The notes beneath the pieces were generated by a model. It saw only the letters and a program-made list of their open reading frames with translations. It ran no database searches and was not told where the DNA came from. DNA of 64,000 nt from assembly GCA_027491915.1 (NCBI GenBank), contig JAOZGC010000002.1:128001-192000 (forward strand), given 5' to 3'. Source of the DNA: Thermoproteota archaeon. GTDB taxonomy: Archaea > Korarchaeota > Korarchaeia > Korarchaeales > Korarchaeaceae. Made by a program: the position numbers and the translations under genes. Positions 1 through 9,873 of this stretch are shown here, piece after piece (within the stretch, counting starts at the first letter, position 1; each line of letters opens with the position of its first letter).

Positions 1-1125
1 GTTCTAGAGGCGGCAGGCGCGGCCTTCGGTTCTTACGAACTTCGGTACTCGAGTCACCCCTACGCCAGGGTAACCTTAAACGGGTACCACGTGGACATAG
101 TCCCGGCCTACGAGATAAGGGACGCCAGCGAGCTGGTAACCGCGGTGGACAGGAGCACCCTCCACAACTCATACCTAATTGAGAGGATGACCGAAGAGCA
201 CAGAAAACAGGCCAGACTGCTCCGGGCCTTCATGAAGGCCATCGGAGCCTACGGGGCCGAGGTCAAGGTGGGGGGATTCAGCGGATATCTATGCGATCTG
301 CTCATACTGGCTTACGGATCCTTCTTGAACCTCCTCCGTCGATCCATCGAGTGGAGGGAACCTCAGCTGGTGACTGTGGGAGGAGTCCTCCCAACGATGG
401 ACATAGACTCCTACGGCAGGCCCCCCCTATTGGTTCCCGACCCGGTTGACCCCAGGAGGAACGCCGCCGCGGCGGTGAGCAGGACCCAGTTTCACCGCTT
501 CAGGGCCGCCGCCAAATCTTTCCTGAGGTCTCCCTCGGTGAGCTTCTTCTCCGGGTGGGGAGGGAGACCCCACGTCCCTACCGCGTCCGAGGTGGTTGGG
601 CGCAGGCTGGACCACATCCTCTTGGTGAAGTTCAGATCTCCTGCCCCTCCAGACACGGTCTGGACCCAGGTGAGGGCGGCGGAGAGGTACTTGGTCTCCG
701 GTCTCGAGAGGGAGGAGTTCAGGGTACTCGGCTCCGACTCGTGGACGGACGAGCGGGGCGTCGCCGCCGTGCTGGTGGAGCCCTACTCCTTGAATCTCCC
801 TCCGGTCGTCAGGAGGGTGGGGCCGCCGGTGTGCACCGACTGGGAGGAGGGATTCCTGGCCCGCCACCTGAAATCGGATCGATTGATCGCCGGACCCACC
901 GTGGAGGGTGACAGGTGGGTGGTCCTGCTGAGAAGGAGGTGGACGGCGGCTGCCGATCTCCTCGCTCACCTGTGTGACTCTGCTGGCATGCCCAAACTTC
1001 TGAGGGGAGGATCTCCCGAGGTGATCCCAGGGAGGGAGGCCATCTCCGACCGGGATGTGGCCGACTTCGTAGAATCCTATCTCTTCGCTGGCGAACCCTT
1101 TGCCGCTGGTCTAGTCGATCCCTAG
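1..1125 (+). CDS. cca: CCA-adding enzyme (class I tRNA nucleotidyltransferase), 5'-truncated by window edge
   Basis: Frame open from base 1 (..YSSHPYARV..VDIVPAY); AVDRS.LH, GAEVKVGGFSGYLCDLLI and DPVDPRRNAAAAVS motifs. Confidence 0.93.
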   Translation, partial: VLEAAGAAFGSYELRYSSHPYARVTLNGYHVDIVPAYEIRDASELVTAVDRSTLHNSYLIERMTEEHRKQARLLRAFMKAIGAYGAEVKVGGFSGYLCDLLILAYGSFLNLLRRSIEWREPQLVTVGGVLPTMDIDSYGRPPLLVPDPVDPRRNAAAAVSRTQFHRFRAAAKSFLRSPSVSFFSGWGGRPHVPTASEVVGRRLDHILLVKFRSPAPPDTVWTQVRAAERYLVSGLEREEFRVLGSDSWTDERGVAAVLVEPYSLNLPPVVRRVGPPVCTDWEEGFLARHLKSDRLIAGPTVEGDRWVVLLRRRWTAAADLLAHLCDSAGMPKLLRGGSPEVIPGREAISDRDVADFVESYLFAGEPFAAGLVDP

Positions 1126-2415
1126 AGCCGATTCCCCGGCGAAGACCGCCTCTGAGCCGAGTTCCTCCTCTATCTCCAGCAGCCTGTTGTACTTGGAGAC
1201 CCTCTCGCCGCGCGCCGGGGCCCCCGCCTTTATTTGTCCACATCTTAGGCCCACCGCCAAGTCGGCTATTGCTGGATCCGTCGTCTCGCCCGACCGGTGG
1301 CTCACCATCACCGAATAGCCTGCTCTGAGGGCAACTTCGGCGCAGTGAAGGGACTCGCTCAGGGTTCCTATCTGATTTATCTTCAGGAGAAGGGCGTTTC
1401 CCGCCCTCATCTTTATCCCTTTCTTCAACCTCTCCACGTTCGTTGTGAAGAAGTCGTCCCCCACAAGCTGGACTCTTCCCCCTATTTTTTTCGTTAAGGA
1501 GGAAAACGACTCGAAATCCTCCTCGTGAAACGGGTCCTCTATGCTCACTATCGGATACCTCTCCACCAGATCAAGGTAGAAATCTTCCATCTCTCCAGGG
1601 GACATGGACCTCCCGTCCACGAGGTACTTACCGTCCTCCTCGTCGAAAAACCCGCTGGCCGCGGCGTCGAGCGCCAGCTTAACCTTCCCTGAGAATCCAA
1701 CCTCCTCTATCGCCCCGACCAAGATCTCCAGCGCCTCCTCTGATCTACCGATGGGTGGGGCGAACCCCCCCTCATCTCCGAGGTTCTTGGCCGATCTGCC
1801 GTACTTTCCAATCAACAGGGACTTGAGCTCCCTGTAAACCTCCACCCCGGCGAACAGCGCCTCTCTGAACGTGTTGAACCTGAGCGGAACTATCATGAAC
1901 TCTTGTATGGCCAACTCGTTGCCGGCGTGGACACCTCCGTTTATTACGTTCATGAAGGGAACGGGAATCTCCCGCGCTCCCACTCCCCCCAGGTACCTGT
2001 AGAGGGGCTCCCCCAGGCCTGCGGCGGCCGCCCTGGCGGTCGCCATGGAAACCGACAGGATCGCGTTTCCCCCGAACCTTGACTTGTTCTTGGTCCCGTC
2101 CGCCCTCACCATCGCCTCGTCAATTTCCCACTGCCTCCTGACGTCTCTCCCCCTCACGACCTCGGCCAGGGGACCCTCAACATTCGCCACCGCGGTCAGG
2201 ACCCCCCTCCCTCCCAACCTCTTTCCGCCGTCTCTCAGCTCGAAGGCCTCGGATCTGCCTCGAGACGCGCCCGCCGGAACCGAGAAGGAGCCAGAGAAAC
2301 CCCCCTCCGTTGAGATCCTGGTCATTATGGTAGGCTCTCCCCTAGAGTCGAGGATCTCCATCGCCCTGACCTCTGATATCGAGAAGGCCGCCAACCCAGA
2401 CCCCACGTCGGGCAT
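1111..2415 (-). CDS. eno: Enolase
   Basis: EILDSRGEPT, VPAGASRG, GDEGGFAP, SHRSGET, GAPARGERVSKYNRLLEIEE; start is ATG 2415 or TTG 2394, not the ORF-track 2703. Confidence 0.96.
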   Translation of the reverse strand: MPDVGSGLAAFSISEVRAMEILDSRGEPTIMTRISTEGGFSGSFSVPAGASRGRSEAFELRDGGKRLGGRGVLTAVANVEGPLAEVVRGRDVRRQWEIDEAMVRADGTKNKSRFGGNAILSVSMATARAAAAGLGEPLYRYLGGVGAREIPVPFMNVINGGVHAGNELAIQEFMIVPLRFNTFREALFAGVEVYRELKSLLIGKYGRSAKNLGDEGGFAPPIGRSEEALEILVGAIEEVGFSGKVKLALDAAASGFFDEEDGKYLVDGRSMSPGEMEDFYLDLVERYPIVSIEDPFHEEDFESFSSLTKKIGGRVQLVGDDFFTTNVERLKKGIKMRAGNALLLKINQIGTLSESLHCAEVALRAGYSVMVSHRSGETTDPAIADLAVGLRCGQIKAGAPARGERVSKYNRLLEIEEELGSEAVFAGESALGID

Positions 2416-2496
2416 CTCCCGGCGCCGAAATATAATAATCGGCGGGACCAGCGCCGTTTTAATCGTCCCGTCGCGACCTTCCACCGGCGTTTTCGG

Positions 2497-3546
2497 ATGG
2501 ATAGGGAGTGGGAAGAAGAGGTCATCTCTATAATAGAATCTCTGGTGTCTATCCCGACGGTCACGGGACACGAGCACACCGCCGTCGAGAAGATCGGGGA
2601 CATGCTCTCGGATGTCGTCGACGAGGTATCCTCCGACAGGTGGGGCAACCTGGTGGCGACCGTGAATCCCGGATCGGACAGATCCCTGATGCTCGCGGCC
2701 CACTTGGATCAGATAGGGTTCATCGTGACGTCGGTGGACGAGGACGGATTCATCAGATTCGCCCCCGTGGGGGGGTGGGATCCACGCGTCGCCTATGGCT
2801 CCAGGGTCCTCCTGCTGGCGGAGGGCGGTCTAGTTCCTGGGGTCATAGGATCCGTCCCTCCCCACCTCAGGGAGAGGACGAAGGGTGAGGAGAAGCTGGA
2901 TTTCAAGGATCTAGCGATGGACGTTGGAGCCTCCTCCAGGGAAGAGGTGGAATCCATTGGAATAGGGGTTGGAACCTACGCCGTCCCGGATCTCAGCATC
3001 TGGAAGACCGCGGTTGGCACCAGAATATGCGGGCCGGGGATGGACGATAAATCGGGCCTGGCCTCCATCTTGGTTGCAGCCAAGATGCTGGCCCGAGGAC
3101 CAGGGACCGACGCCGCCGTGCACTTTGTCTCCACCGTGCAGGAGGAGATAGGCCTGAGGGGGGCGGCGATGGCGGCCTTCAACCTATCTCCCGACGTCGC
3201 GATCGCGGTCGACGTGACCCACGCCAGGGCCCCGGGGATCCCCCGGGACAGGGTTAGGGTGGAGCTCGGCAAGGGGCCCGTGATATCTCTTGGTCCCATA
3301 TACCACAGAGAGGTGGTAGACCTCCTTTTGAGGGCCGCCGACAAGGTCGGGGCCCCTTATCAGAAGGAGGCGGATCCCAGGGGAAGGGGCACGGATACGT
3401 GGGCGATTCAGACGGCCAGGGGAGGGATTAAGACGGGTCTACTCTCCATACCTAATAGATACATGCACAGTCCCGTAGAGATGGTGGATGTGACCGACGT
3501 CTACAACGCTGGCAGGATCCTGGCTGCCGCCGCCACCCTGATCTAA
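2497..3546 (+). CDS. M42 family metallopeptidase (TET-like aminopeptidase)
   Basis: AAHLDQIG, MDDK, QEEIGLRGA, AIAVDVT, GTD and RYMHSPVE metal-binding motifs. Confidence 0.9.
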   Translation: MDREWEEEVISIIESLVSIPTVTGHEHTAVEKIGDMLSDVVDEVSSDRWGNLVATVNPGSDRSLMLAAHLDQIGFIVTSVDEDGFIRFAPVGGWDPRVAYGSRVLLLAEGGLVPGVIGSVPPHLRERTKGEEKLDFKDLAMDVGASSREEVESIGIGVGTYAVPDLSIWKTAVGTRICGPGMDDKSGLASILVAAKMLARGPGTDAAVHFVSTVQEEIGLRGAAMAAFNLSPDVAIAVDVTHARAPGIPRDRVRVELGKGPVISLGPIYHREVVDLLLRAADKVGAPYQKEADPRGRGTDTWAIQTARGGIKTGLLSIPNRYMHSPVEMVDVTDVYNAGRILAAAATLI

Positions 3547-3549
3547 CGC

Positions 3550-3915
3550 CTAGCACGTCACATGAAATATCCCCAGGACGTCGACCCCGGCCGATTCCAT
3601 CTCGTTGAAGTCTCTTATGACCTCAGGCGTTGGCCCGACCACGACCCTCTCCACTCTGGATCTCAGCATCTCCAGGTCCTCGACGGGCAGCGCCCCATAC
3701 TGTCCGGTCCCGATCACCACTGCCTGCGGGGGGTTGTCCCCCAAATAACTCCTGACCTCGGCCCACGTCAGGGGAGTGTGCCCGTGCGTTCTCCTCAGGC
3801 GGGAAGAGATCTCCTTTTTCCTCTCCTCGATCGAATCTCCCCTGACGACCACGTCGTGATGGTATTTCCTACCTGACACCGAGATCCACCCGAATCCCGT
3901 CTCATCCACCTTCAA
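3550..3915 (-). CDS. Mth938-like domain protein
   Basis: FGWISVSGRKYHHDVVV, VIGTGQYG and C-terminal GIFHVTC typical of the family. Confidence 0.85.
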   Translation of the reverse strand: MKVDETGFGWISVSGRKYHHDVVVRGDSIEERKKEISSRLRRTHGHTPLTWAEVRSYLGDNPPQAVVIGTGQYGALPVEDLEMLRSRVERVVVGPTPEVIRDFNEMESAGVDVLGIFHVTC

Positions 3916-5605
3916 CTCCCCTCGCCTCCCCCCTCTCTCGCTCGCCTCTCCTGCGGAGGAGGAACTCCAGACTCAACTCAAAGACGCCAACCGGGTTCTT
4001 GATCCTGTTGATCTCCAGCACCTCCGGAGACACCTCGGCTATGATCCCTATCTCGCGTCCCCCCGAGCGAATCGAGGCGCACCTTCCGCTCAGGGCCCAG
4101 GGCCTGTCCGTAGGCGTGAGCTCAGCCTCGATTCCGAGGCCGACGGTCAGCGAGAAAAGGTGGGACTGAACGTCCTCGAAACCGACCTCCGTGTCCTCGT
4201 AGGCTGCCGCCACCCTCCTCTCATCCCTGGCCCTGGTCTCCTCAGCAGGATCCGGTATGACCACGTCCCCCACCTCGAACACCTTGTGTGGGAGGGGCTC
4301 TGCCTGATTCTTCGACAGGAAGGCCACAATTCCTGGTATTAGCGTGTCCCTCAGGACGGAGTAAGATTCTGACACCGGATTGGCCACCTTGACTACCTCT
4401 CTGGGGGGAGATCTCATCCTGCGGAACAGTACGTCACCGCTGGTCATCACGTAATTGAGGATCTCCTGGTAGCCGAGGCCAATCATGAGTTCCCTGACTA
4501 TCCTGGAAATCCTCTCCCTGAGGTGTCTGGCGCCAAACGTGTCCACGTATCCCGGGAGTGCTGGCCTCAGCTTATCGTAGCCCACGGCCACCGTAAGCTC
4601 CTCCACCAGATCCACCGGATGCAGGAAGTCGTCTCTGTAAGCTGGTATCTGAACCGAGATCTCTTCCCCAACGGGCTCGGCCCCCAACCTCATCTTCCTG
4701 AGCAGGGAAGCTATCTCTTTGCCGGAGTAGTCAGTTCCGGCCACGAGGTTGAGGTAGTCTACTCCGACTCTCATGGGTGTGGGCCTCAGGTCTGGCGTCA
4801 CGACGGCCTCTCCGTCCGGTCGGATTACCCTAACGAGTCCGATCTTGCCGCCCCTCTCTGCCAGCGCGGTGACCAGCACCCTCAAGGTTTTCCTAACCGC
4901 CCTCTCATCCGGCCCCGTGACGTCTACGAACATGTCCCTGGTTTCCTCCGTCACCCTCGTCATATCGGAGTTTATTATCGGTGGGATCGACAGCACCTTC
5001 CCCCTCGAATCTCTGAGAACGGGGATCAGATCCCCGGGAACCAGGTGAGCGTACTTTCTTCCCTTCTCAGTTTCAGATAATATCTGGGACACTGTCATCT
5101 CATAATCTCCCCTCAGAGGGACGAATCGAACTTCTTCCTTCCTCTCGGCAGAGTATCTTATTGGAGGAACTATGGGGGAGGCGTCGTGTAGTCCGGCGGA
5201 CACCTTCCTCCTGTCTCTGCCTATCGTCGCGTGGATCTTCTCCTGGGCCTGCATCAACTCGGCGACTGCATCAGGGGAGAGATTCACTCCCTCAACGACG
5301 CCGCAGGCTATGTAAGGCCTAAGGGGAAGGACCTCTCTCTCCACCTTGACTTCGAAGCCCGAGTCGAACGTCTCATATTCCGGGATCCCCTCCTCCAGGC
5401 CCAGAATCCCCCTAACCGCCCGAGCCAGCCCCTCAATCGTCACAAGATCCAACCTATCAGCCGTTATTTCTAAGATTATATTTCCATTTTCCTCACCTTC
5501 AAAATTGACTTTCAGCCTCTCCAGCGAGGAGACGAGGTCGTCGAAACTCAGCGGGGCCCCTATCAGATTAAGGAGATCGGAAATTGACGCCTCAATCACC
5601 GGCAA
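3902..5605 (-). CDS. pheT: Phenylalanine--tRNA ligase beta subunit
   Basis: QEKIHATIGRDRRK, SIPPIINS, IPAYRDDFLHPVDLVEE, NPVSESYSVLR; directly downstream of pheS. Confidence 0.95.
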   Translation of the reverse strand: MPVIEASISDLLNLIGAPLSFDDLVSSLERLKVNFEGEENGNIILEITADRLDLVTIEGLARAVRGILGLEEGIPEYETFDSGFEVKVEREVLPLRPYIACGVVEGVNLSPDAVAELMQAQEKIHATIGRDRRKVSAGLHDASPIVPPIRYSAERKEEVRFVPLRGDYEMTVSQILSETEKGRKYAHLVPGDLIPVLRDSRGKVLSIPPIINSDMTRVTEETRDMFVDVTGPDERAVRKTLRVLVTALAERGGKIGLVRVIRPDGEAVVTPDLRPTPMRVGVDYLNLVAGTDYSGKEIASLLRKMRLGAEPVGEEISVQIPAYRDDFLHPVDLVEELTVAVGYDKLRPALPGYVDTFGARHLRERISRIVRELMIGLGYQEILNYVMTSGDVLFRRMRSPPREVVKVANPVSESYSVLRDTLIPGIVAFLSKNQAEPLPHKVFEVGDVVIPDPAEETRARDERRVAAAYEDTEVGFEDVQSHLFSLTVGLGIEAELTPTDRPWALSGRCASIRSGGREIGIIAEVSPEVLEINRIKNPVGVFELSLEFLLRRRGERERGEARGVEGG

Positions 5606-7136
5606 GGCCCACCGCCCTCCCCACGGGGAATTTCCTCAGGAACGCTAGATCCTGGGAGTGTAATTGCCTTATGTCCCCTATTCCAAGCTTCACCATGGCC
5701 AGCCTCCCTATTCCTATCCCCCACGCCAGGGCCTGGACCTTCGGATAGTCATACCCCATTGGTATCAGTATCTCCGGCCTGAAGAGTCCGGATCCGGCTA
5801 TCTCTATCCATCCGAGCCTGGGGTGCCTGACATAAGCCTCCACGCTCGGTTCGGTGAAGGGGAAGTAGGCTGGCCTGAACATGACCTCCCCAAAACCCAG
5901 CCTCTTGGCGAACTCCTCCAGGTAGCCGAGCAAGTGCCTGACGTTCAACCCCTCCGCGAGGACCACTCCCTCACACTGGTGGAACTCCATGGAATGGGTT
6001 CTGTCCAGGGCCTCCGGCCTGAACACCCTGTCTATCGCGAATATCTTCAGCGGGGGGTTCGGAGTTCCGGCCAGCGTCCTGGCCGACGCCGCGGTCATCT
6101 GAGACCTGAGGATGAGTCTCCTGGCGATATCGAAGTCCCACTCGTAGCCCCATCCGGTAGATCCCGTTCCCTCACCAGTCTCGTGCGCCCTCTTAATCTT
6201 CTCCACCAATTTCAGATCCTTAATATCGGCCGGACCCGCGGGAACCGACACGGCGTAGGAATCGTGGACCTCTCTGGCCGGATGATCCTGAGCCTGGAAC
6301 AACGCGTCGAAATTCCAGAATTCGGCCTCAACTATGGGGCTCTTCACCTCAAGAAATCCCATCCCAACCAGTATCTCTCTGACCTCGTCTAAGAACTCCA
6401 CGTAGGGATGCGGCTTTCCCGGGTAGACGGTCGGGGGCATGGAGGTGACGTCATATGCCTTGATCTCTACCTCTCTCCACCTTCCACTCTCTATGAGTTC
6501 TCTACTTAGTCTCGCAACCTCTCTCCTGACGGTCAACCTGCCGGATAGGACTGCCTCACCTAGGTCCGTGATCTCCAGGTACACCTCCTTGCTCTCGTCT
6601 ATCTCTACCAGTCCCCTCTTGACTAGTTCCCTCACGACATCTGTTGGGAGATCCCCCTCTTCCGCCACCCCTCCTTTGAGCCTGTCGAGCGCCTCCCTGA
6701 GGGGGTATTCATCTGGGATCTCCTTGAGCGCAACGACTACCCCGCTCCCCACCCTCTCCAGCCTAACCCACCCCCTCTTTTTTGCGATCCCAAGGGCGAC
6801 GTTGAACTCCTCCCCCGACCCGGGGAAATCCTTCCTGATCTCGTCGATCTTCCTGGCCTCACCGATTGATAAGATTTTGAGAAGCTTCTCCTCTGGAAGG
6901 CCAGAGTCGGCCGCCTCCCTGCCCCTGTCGGTGAGTTTCAAGAACTTCCGCGCCTTAACAGATATCCTGACGAGCCCCTTCTCCTCGAGCAGTCGACCGA
7001 GGGCGGCGGCAGATTCCCTCCCGAGGGAGAATGCGTCGGCGGGCAGGAACCCCCCGCGGAAGCTCACCTCCTTGAGTAGACGGTGCTCCCCGTCGGTCAG
7101 CCGTATAGCCTCTCTCCCGCCCTCCCCCGAAACAAT
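5592..7136 (-). CDS. pheS: Phenylalanine--tRNA ligase alpha subunit (start uncertain: ATT 7136, CTG 7100 or GTG 7067)
   Basis: FWNFDALFQAQDHPARE, FRPEALDRTHSMEFHQ, YFPFTEPS, AWGIGIGRLAM. Confidence 0.95.
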   Translation of the reverse strand: MVSGEGGREAIRLTDGEHRLLKEVSFRGGFLPADAFSLGRESAAALGRLLEEKGLVRISVKARKFLKLTDRGREAADSGLPEEKLLKILSIGEARKIDEIRKDFPGSGEEFNVALGIAKKRGWVRLERVGSGVVVALKEIPDEYPLREALDRLKGGVAEEGDLPTDVVRELVKRGLVEIDESKEVYLEITDLGEAVLSGRLTVRREVARLSRELIESGRWREVEIKAYDVTSMPPTVYPGKPHPYVEFLDEVREILVGMGFLEVKSPIVEAEFWNFDALFQAQDHPAREVHDSYAVSVPAGPADIKDLKLVEKIKRAHETGEGTGSTGWGYEWDFDIARRLILRSQMTAASARTLAGTPNPPLKIFAIDRVFRPEALDRTHSMEFHQCEGVVLAEGLNVRHLLGYLEEFAKRLGFGEVMFRPAYFPFTEPSVEAYVRHPRLGWIEIAGSGLFRPEILIPMGYDYPKVQALAWGIGIGRLAMVKLGIGDIRQLHSQDLAFLRKFPVGRAVGLAGD

Positions 7137-7186
7137 AAGGACTCACCAGAACGGCCTGCCCTCTCCGAATTATAAAAAGTCTGCTC

Positions 7187-8230
7187 TCACGGCTCCGGCC
7201 TGGCCAGGTATACGTTGTCCTTATTCCTCAATATCCTGACGCGGACCTCGGCGCCGATCGGTATCCCCAAAGCCGAGACCACGGTCACCACCCTGTCCCT
7301 CGCCACGCCCAGGACCTCACCCCTCCTCCACCCAGGCGCCACCACCCTCACCAAGACCTTCTCCCCCACCTCCATGGTCTTGGGGACCTCCCTGTCCTTC
7401 TTTATCCCGAAGTCTCCCGGCTCGAGAACCAACTTCACGCCGTACTTCTCCTCCCACCTGCGCAAGGCCCGGTAGAAATCTCTCCACCTCATGGGTCTGA
7501 CTCCCGGAGGTCTCCTGCCGTGGCGGTGCTCCTCGTACTTCTGTATCCCGAGGGGAGGCCACCTCTTACCGGCGCCTATATCCAGCGCGAACTCTATTAT
7601 TTTCGGGATGTCCTTGTCGTTTACTCCCGGCACCCAGACGGGGGCAATCAACAGATCGACCTCACTATTTGCCAGCACTTTGGCGAATTCAATCACCCTG
7701 CTGACGTCGTACGAGCTGGTCCCCGCGAGGAGGCGGGCCTTCGCTGGGTTCAGGCTGTCGATGCTGAGGTTGACCCTATCGACCCCTGACTCCTCCAGCC
7801 TCTCAACGTCTCCCGGCCCCAGCAGGATACCATGGGTCTGGGTTGAGACCACGGCAGTTTCTTTCTTATTTTTCAACTCTCTGAATAATTCATATATACG
7901 AGGGTAGGTGAAAGGGTCTCCGACGGTATCCACGTGGGCCTCCAACCTCCCCGAGACTTTGATCGATGCGACCAGATCGTACCATTCAAGCAGGTAATCC
8001 AGGTCCACCAAGTACTCGGCCGCGCGCGTCCTGCTTCGGGGTCCGGCGTCGGTCGAGCAAAAAATGCATGACATGGAGCACGAGCTCGAAGGCCTAACCT
8101 GTATGAGTGAAGTTCCCCTATCTATTACTCCAAAGGCCACCGTTCCAATCAGCGGAATCCCGGATCTATCAGATATCCTAACTATCTGCAGATCTCCCGC
8201 CGCGTCTCGGAGGAGAAACTTCCCATTCAC
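7187..8230 (-). CDS. Radical SAM protein with C-terminal TRAM-like domain
   Basis: CSMSCIFC (CxxxCxxC), FGVIDRGTSLIQVRP, C-terminal VRVRILRNKDNVYLA beta domain. Confidence 0.85.
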   Translation of the reverse strand: MNGKFLLRDAAGDLQIVRISDRSGIPLIGTVAFGVIDRGTSLIQVRPSSSCSMSCIFCSTDAGPRSRTRAAEYLVDLDYLLEWYDLVASIKVSGRLEAHVDTVGDPFTYPRIYELFRELKNKKETAVVSTQTHGILLGPGDVERLEESGVDRVNLSIDSLNPAKARLLAGTSSYDVSRVIEFAKVLANSEVDLLIAPVWVPGVNDKDIPKIIEFALDIGAGKRWPPLGIQKYEEHRHGRRPPGVRPMRWRDFYRALRRWEEKYGVKLVLEPGDFGIKKDREVPKTMEVGEKVLVRVVAPGWRRGEVLGVARDRVVTVVSALGIPIGAEVRVRILRNKDNVYLARPEP

Positions 8231-9018
8231 CCCTCAGTCCACCCTCCGGGTCGCTCTTCGCCGCCGGCAGGTCCGACGGATCCAAGGACCTCTGTCGTTA
8301 TCTCGCGTATTATGTCCTCCTCCGGCCTATCATCTTCCAATAGCTGATACCTGTCGTAGCCCTCCTTCCTCTCTTCCCCTCCCAATTCTCGGGCGGACAG
8401 GGATATGGCCCTCCTGAGCGGGTGCATCTCCACCTCGACGGCGGCCCTCGCCAGGTTCTCCATAGTGGCCTCCTGAAGAATCAATTTTGATCCGTCCCGC
8501 AACACAATAACCGTTCTGGCGTGCTTGTGACCCTCCGGTACCCCTATTAGCACCTTTTTGACGTCTCTGTTTTTGATCACCAGTGAGAAAGGTTTCCTGA
8601 TCTCTTCTATCAATTTCCTGGTTCCGTCGGTTAGCATTAGATGGAGGGAATCCTCCAGCCTTGTCCACCTGACCTCCTTGGCATCGCCGCCCGGCCTCAG
8701 GGATCCCCCCACCCTCCTGCAGAGGTAGTCCACTATGACGTAGTGGTATCTTACCCTCCCCTCCCCGTCCACCTCCACGTAATCGAAGGCGTAGATCGGT
8801 CTCTCCGCGGCGACCCTCAGCCCCGTCTCCTCCGAGACCTCGCGCTCAACAGCCTCGTCCAGCCTCTCCCCCAACCTCACCAGGCCGCCTGGTATGGACC
8901 AGAGCCCCTTCCCCGGTTCGTTCTTCCTCCTGATCAGTAAAATCTTGTTATCTTCCAGGAGGACTCCGCCCACCCCAACCAACGGGACGTCAGGATACTC
9001 CCTCCTCAGGCCCCTCAC
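8227..9018 (-). CDS. Nudix hydrolase fused to an uncharacterised C-terminal domain
   Basis: Complete Nudix box GLVRLGERLDEAVEREVSEETGL; extra ~120 aa containing VPEGHKHART, LQEATMENL, RKEGY. Confidence 0.85.
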   Translation of the reverse strand: MRGLRREYPDVPLVGVGGVLLEDNKILLIRRKNEPGKGLWSIPGGLVRLGERLDEAVEREVSEETGLRVAAERPIYAFDYVEVDGEGRVRYHYVIVDYLCRRVGGSLRPGGDAKEVRWTRLEDSLHLMLTDGTRKLIEEIRKPFSLVIKNRDVKKVLIGVPEGHKHARTVIVLRDGSKLILQEATMENLARAAVEVEMHPLRRAISLSARELGGEERKEGYDRYQLLEDDRPEEDIIREITTEVLGSVGPAGGEERPGGWTEG

Positions 9019-9866
9019 CTCCCAGGGAATGTCTCCTCCAGCAGGATCTTCTTGGCGGCCCCTATGGCCGTCGCGTACGCAGCCAGTCTGGGCACCCTCC
9101 CCCTCCCGCCGAACAGCGATATGGTCCTGATGATGGCGTTCGCCACAAGTGGGTACTCCACCAACCTACCGACTAACACTATCCTATCTTCCAACCCCTC
9201 AGACTTTGCCGCGAAGTAGGAGACGGTGCCGACGACCTCCGATATCATGTTTACTATCCCTATGGCCGCATCCTCGGGTCTCGTTTGATCTCCCACCTTG
9301 CCGAAGTTAGACGCCGTCGTATCAGGGGGGAGGTCCCCTATCCCCCTCCCTACGATCTCCCCTATGGATAGGTCGACCCTGCCGAGATCGCCCTCCTCGG
9401 CCATCCTCAATATGCTCTCAGGTTCCGTCTTATTCAGTATGAGCCTGCCAAGGCCCATTAAGGTTCCGCCCCCGACGCCGGTCCCGCCTACGTGCTTGAC
9501 TCTGATCCCACCCCTTCCCCTCCAGGCCGCGACCACCGCGGTCCCCGTGCCCACGCTGACCACGGCCGCGGCGTCGGAGCTCGATAGATAACACCCGCCT
9601 ATCCCTATTCCCTCCACCTCCTCTACCTTGGACACGGGAAGGCCCAGTATCTTCCCCCCAATGAAGTTGGCTCCTCCCCCACTGGCCGATATGGCCTCGA
9701 TCTCTTTCAAGCCGATTCCGGCCTCCGTCAGCAGCTTACCAACCGCGCCGGACGCCGACGCTATGGGATCCGACGCCCTGACGTCTGTGTATCCCTCCAC
9801 CCCCCTCTCGCTGAAAAGAACCGCCTTGGTGGTGCTGCCCCCGACGTCCAACCCTATTACCAGCAA
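9015..9866 (-). CDS. Type II (CoaW/Fumble-like) pantothenate kinase
   Basis: ASKHA motifs GLDVGGSTTK, SVGTGT, GGTGVGGGTLMGL, VDLSIGEI, ASNFGK. Confidence 0.8.
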   Translation of the reverse strand: MLVIGLDVGGSTTKAVLFSERGVEGYTDVRASDPIASASGAVGKLLTEAGIGLKEIEAISASGGGANFIGGKILGLPVSKVEEVEGIGIGGCYLSSSDAAAVVSVGTGTAVVAAWRGRGGIRVKHVGGTGVGGGTLMGLGRLILNKTEPESILRMAEEGDLGRVDLSIGEIVGRGIGDLPPDTTASNFGKVGDQTRPEDAAIGIVNMISEVVGTVSYFAAKSEGLEDRIVLVGRLVEYPLVANAIIRTISLFGGRGRVPRLAAYATAIGAAKKILLEETFPGR

Positions 9867-9873
9867 TCGAGGG

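Noticed and set aside
2416-2703. Long N-terminal extension of enolase
   Set aside because: It overlaps the divergent M42 peptidase and its promoter; enolase homology begins near 2394-2415
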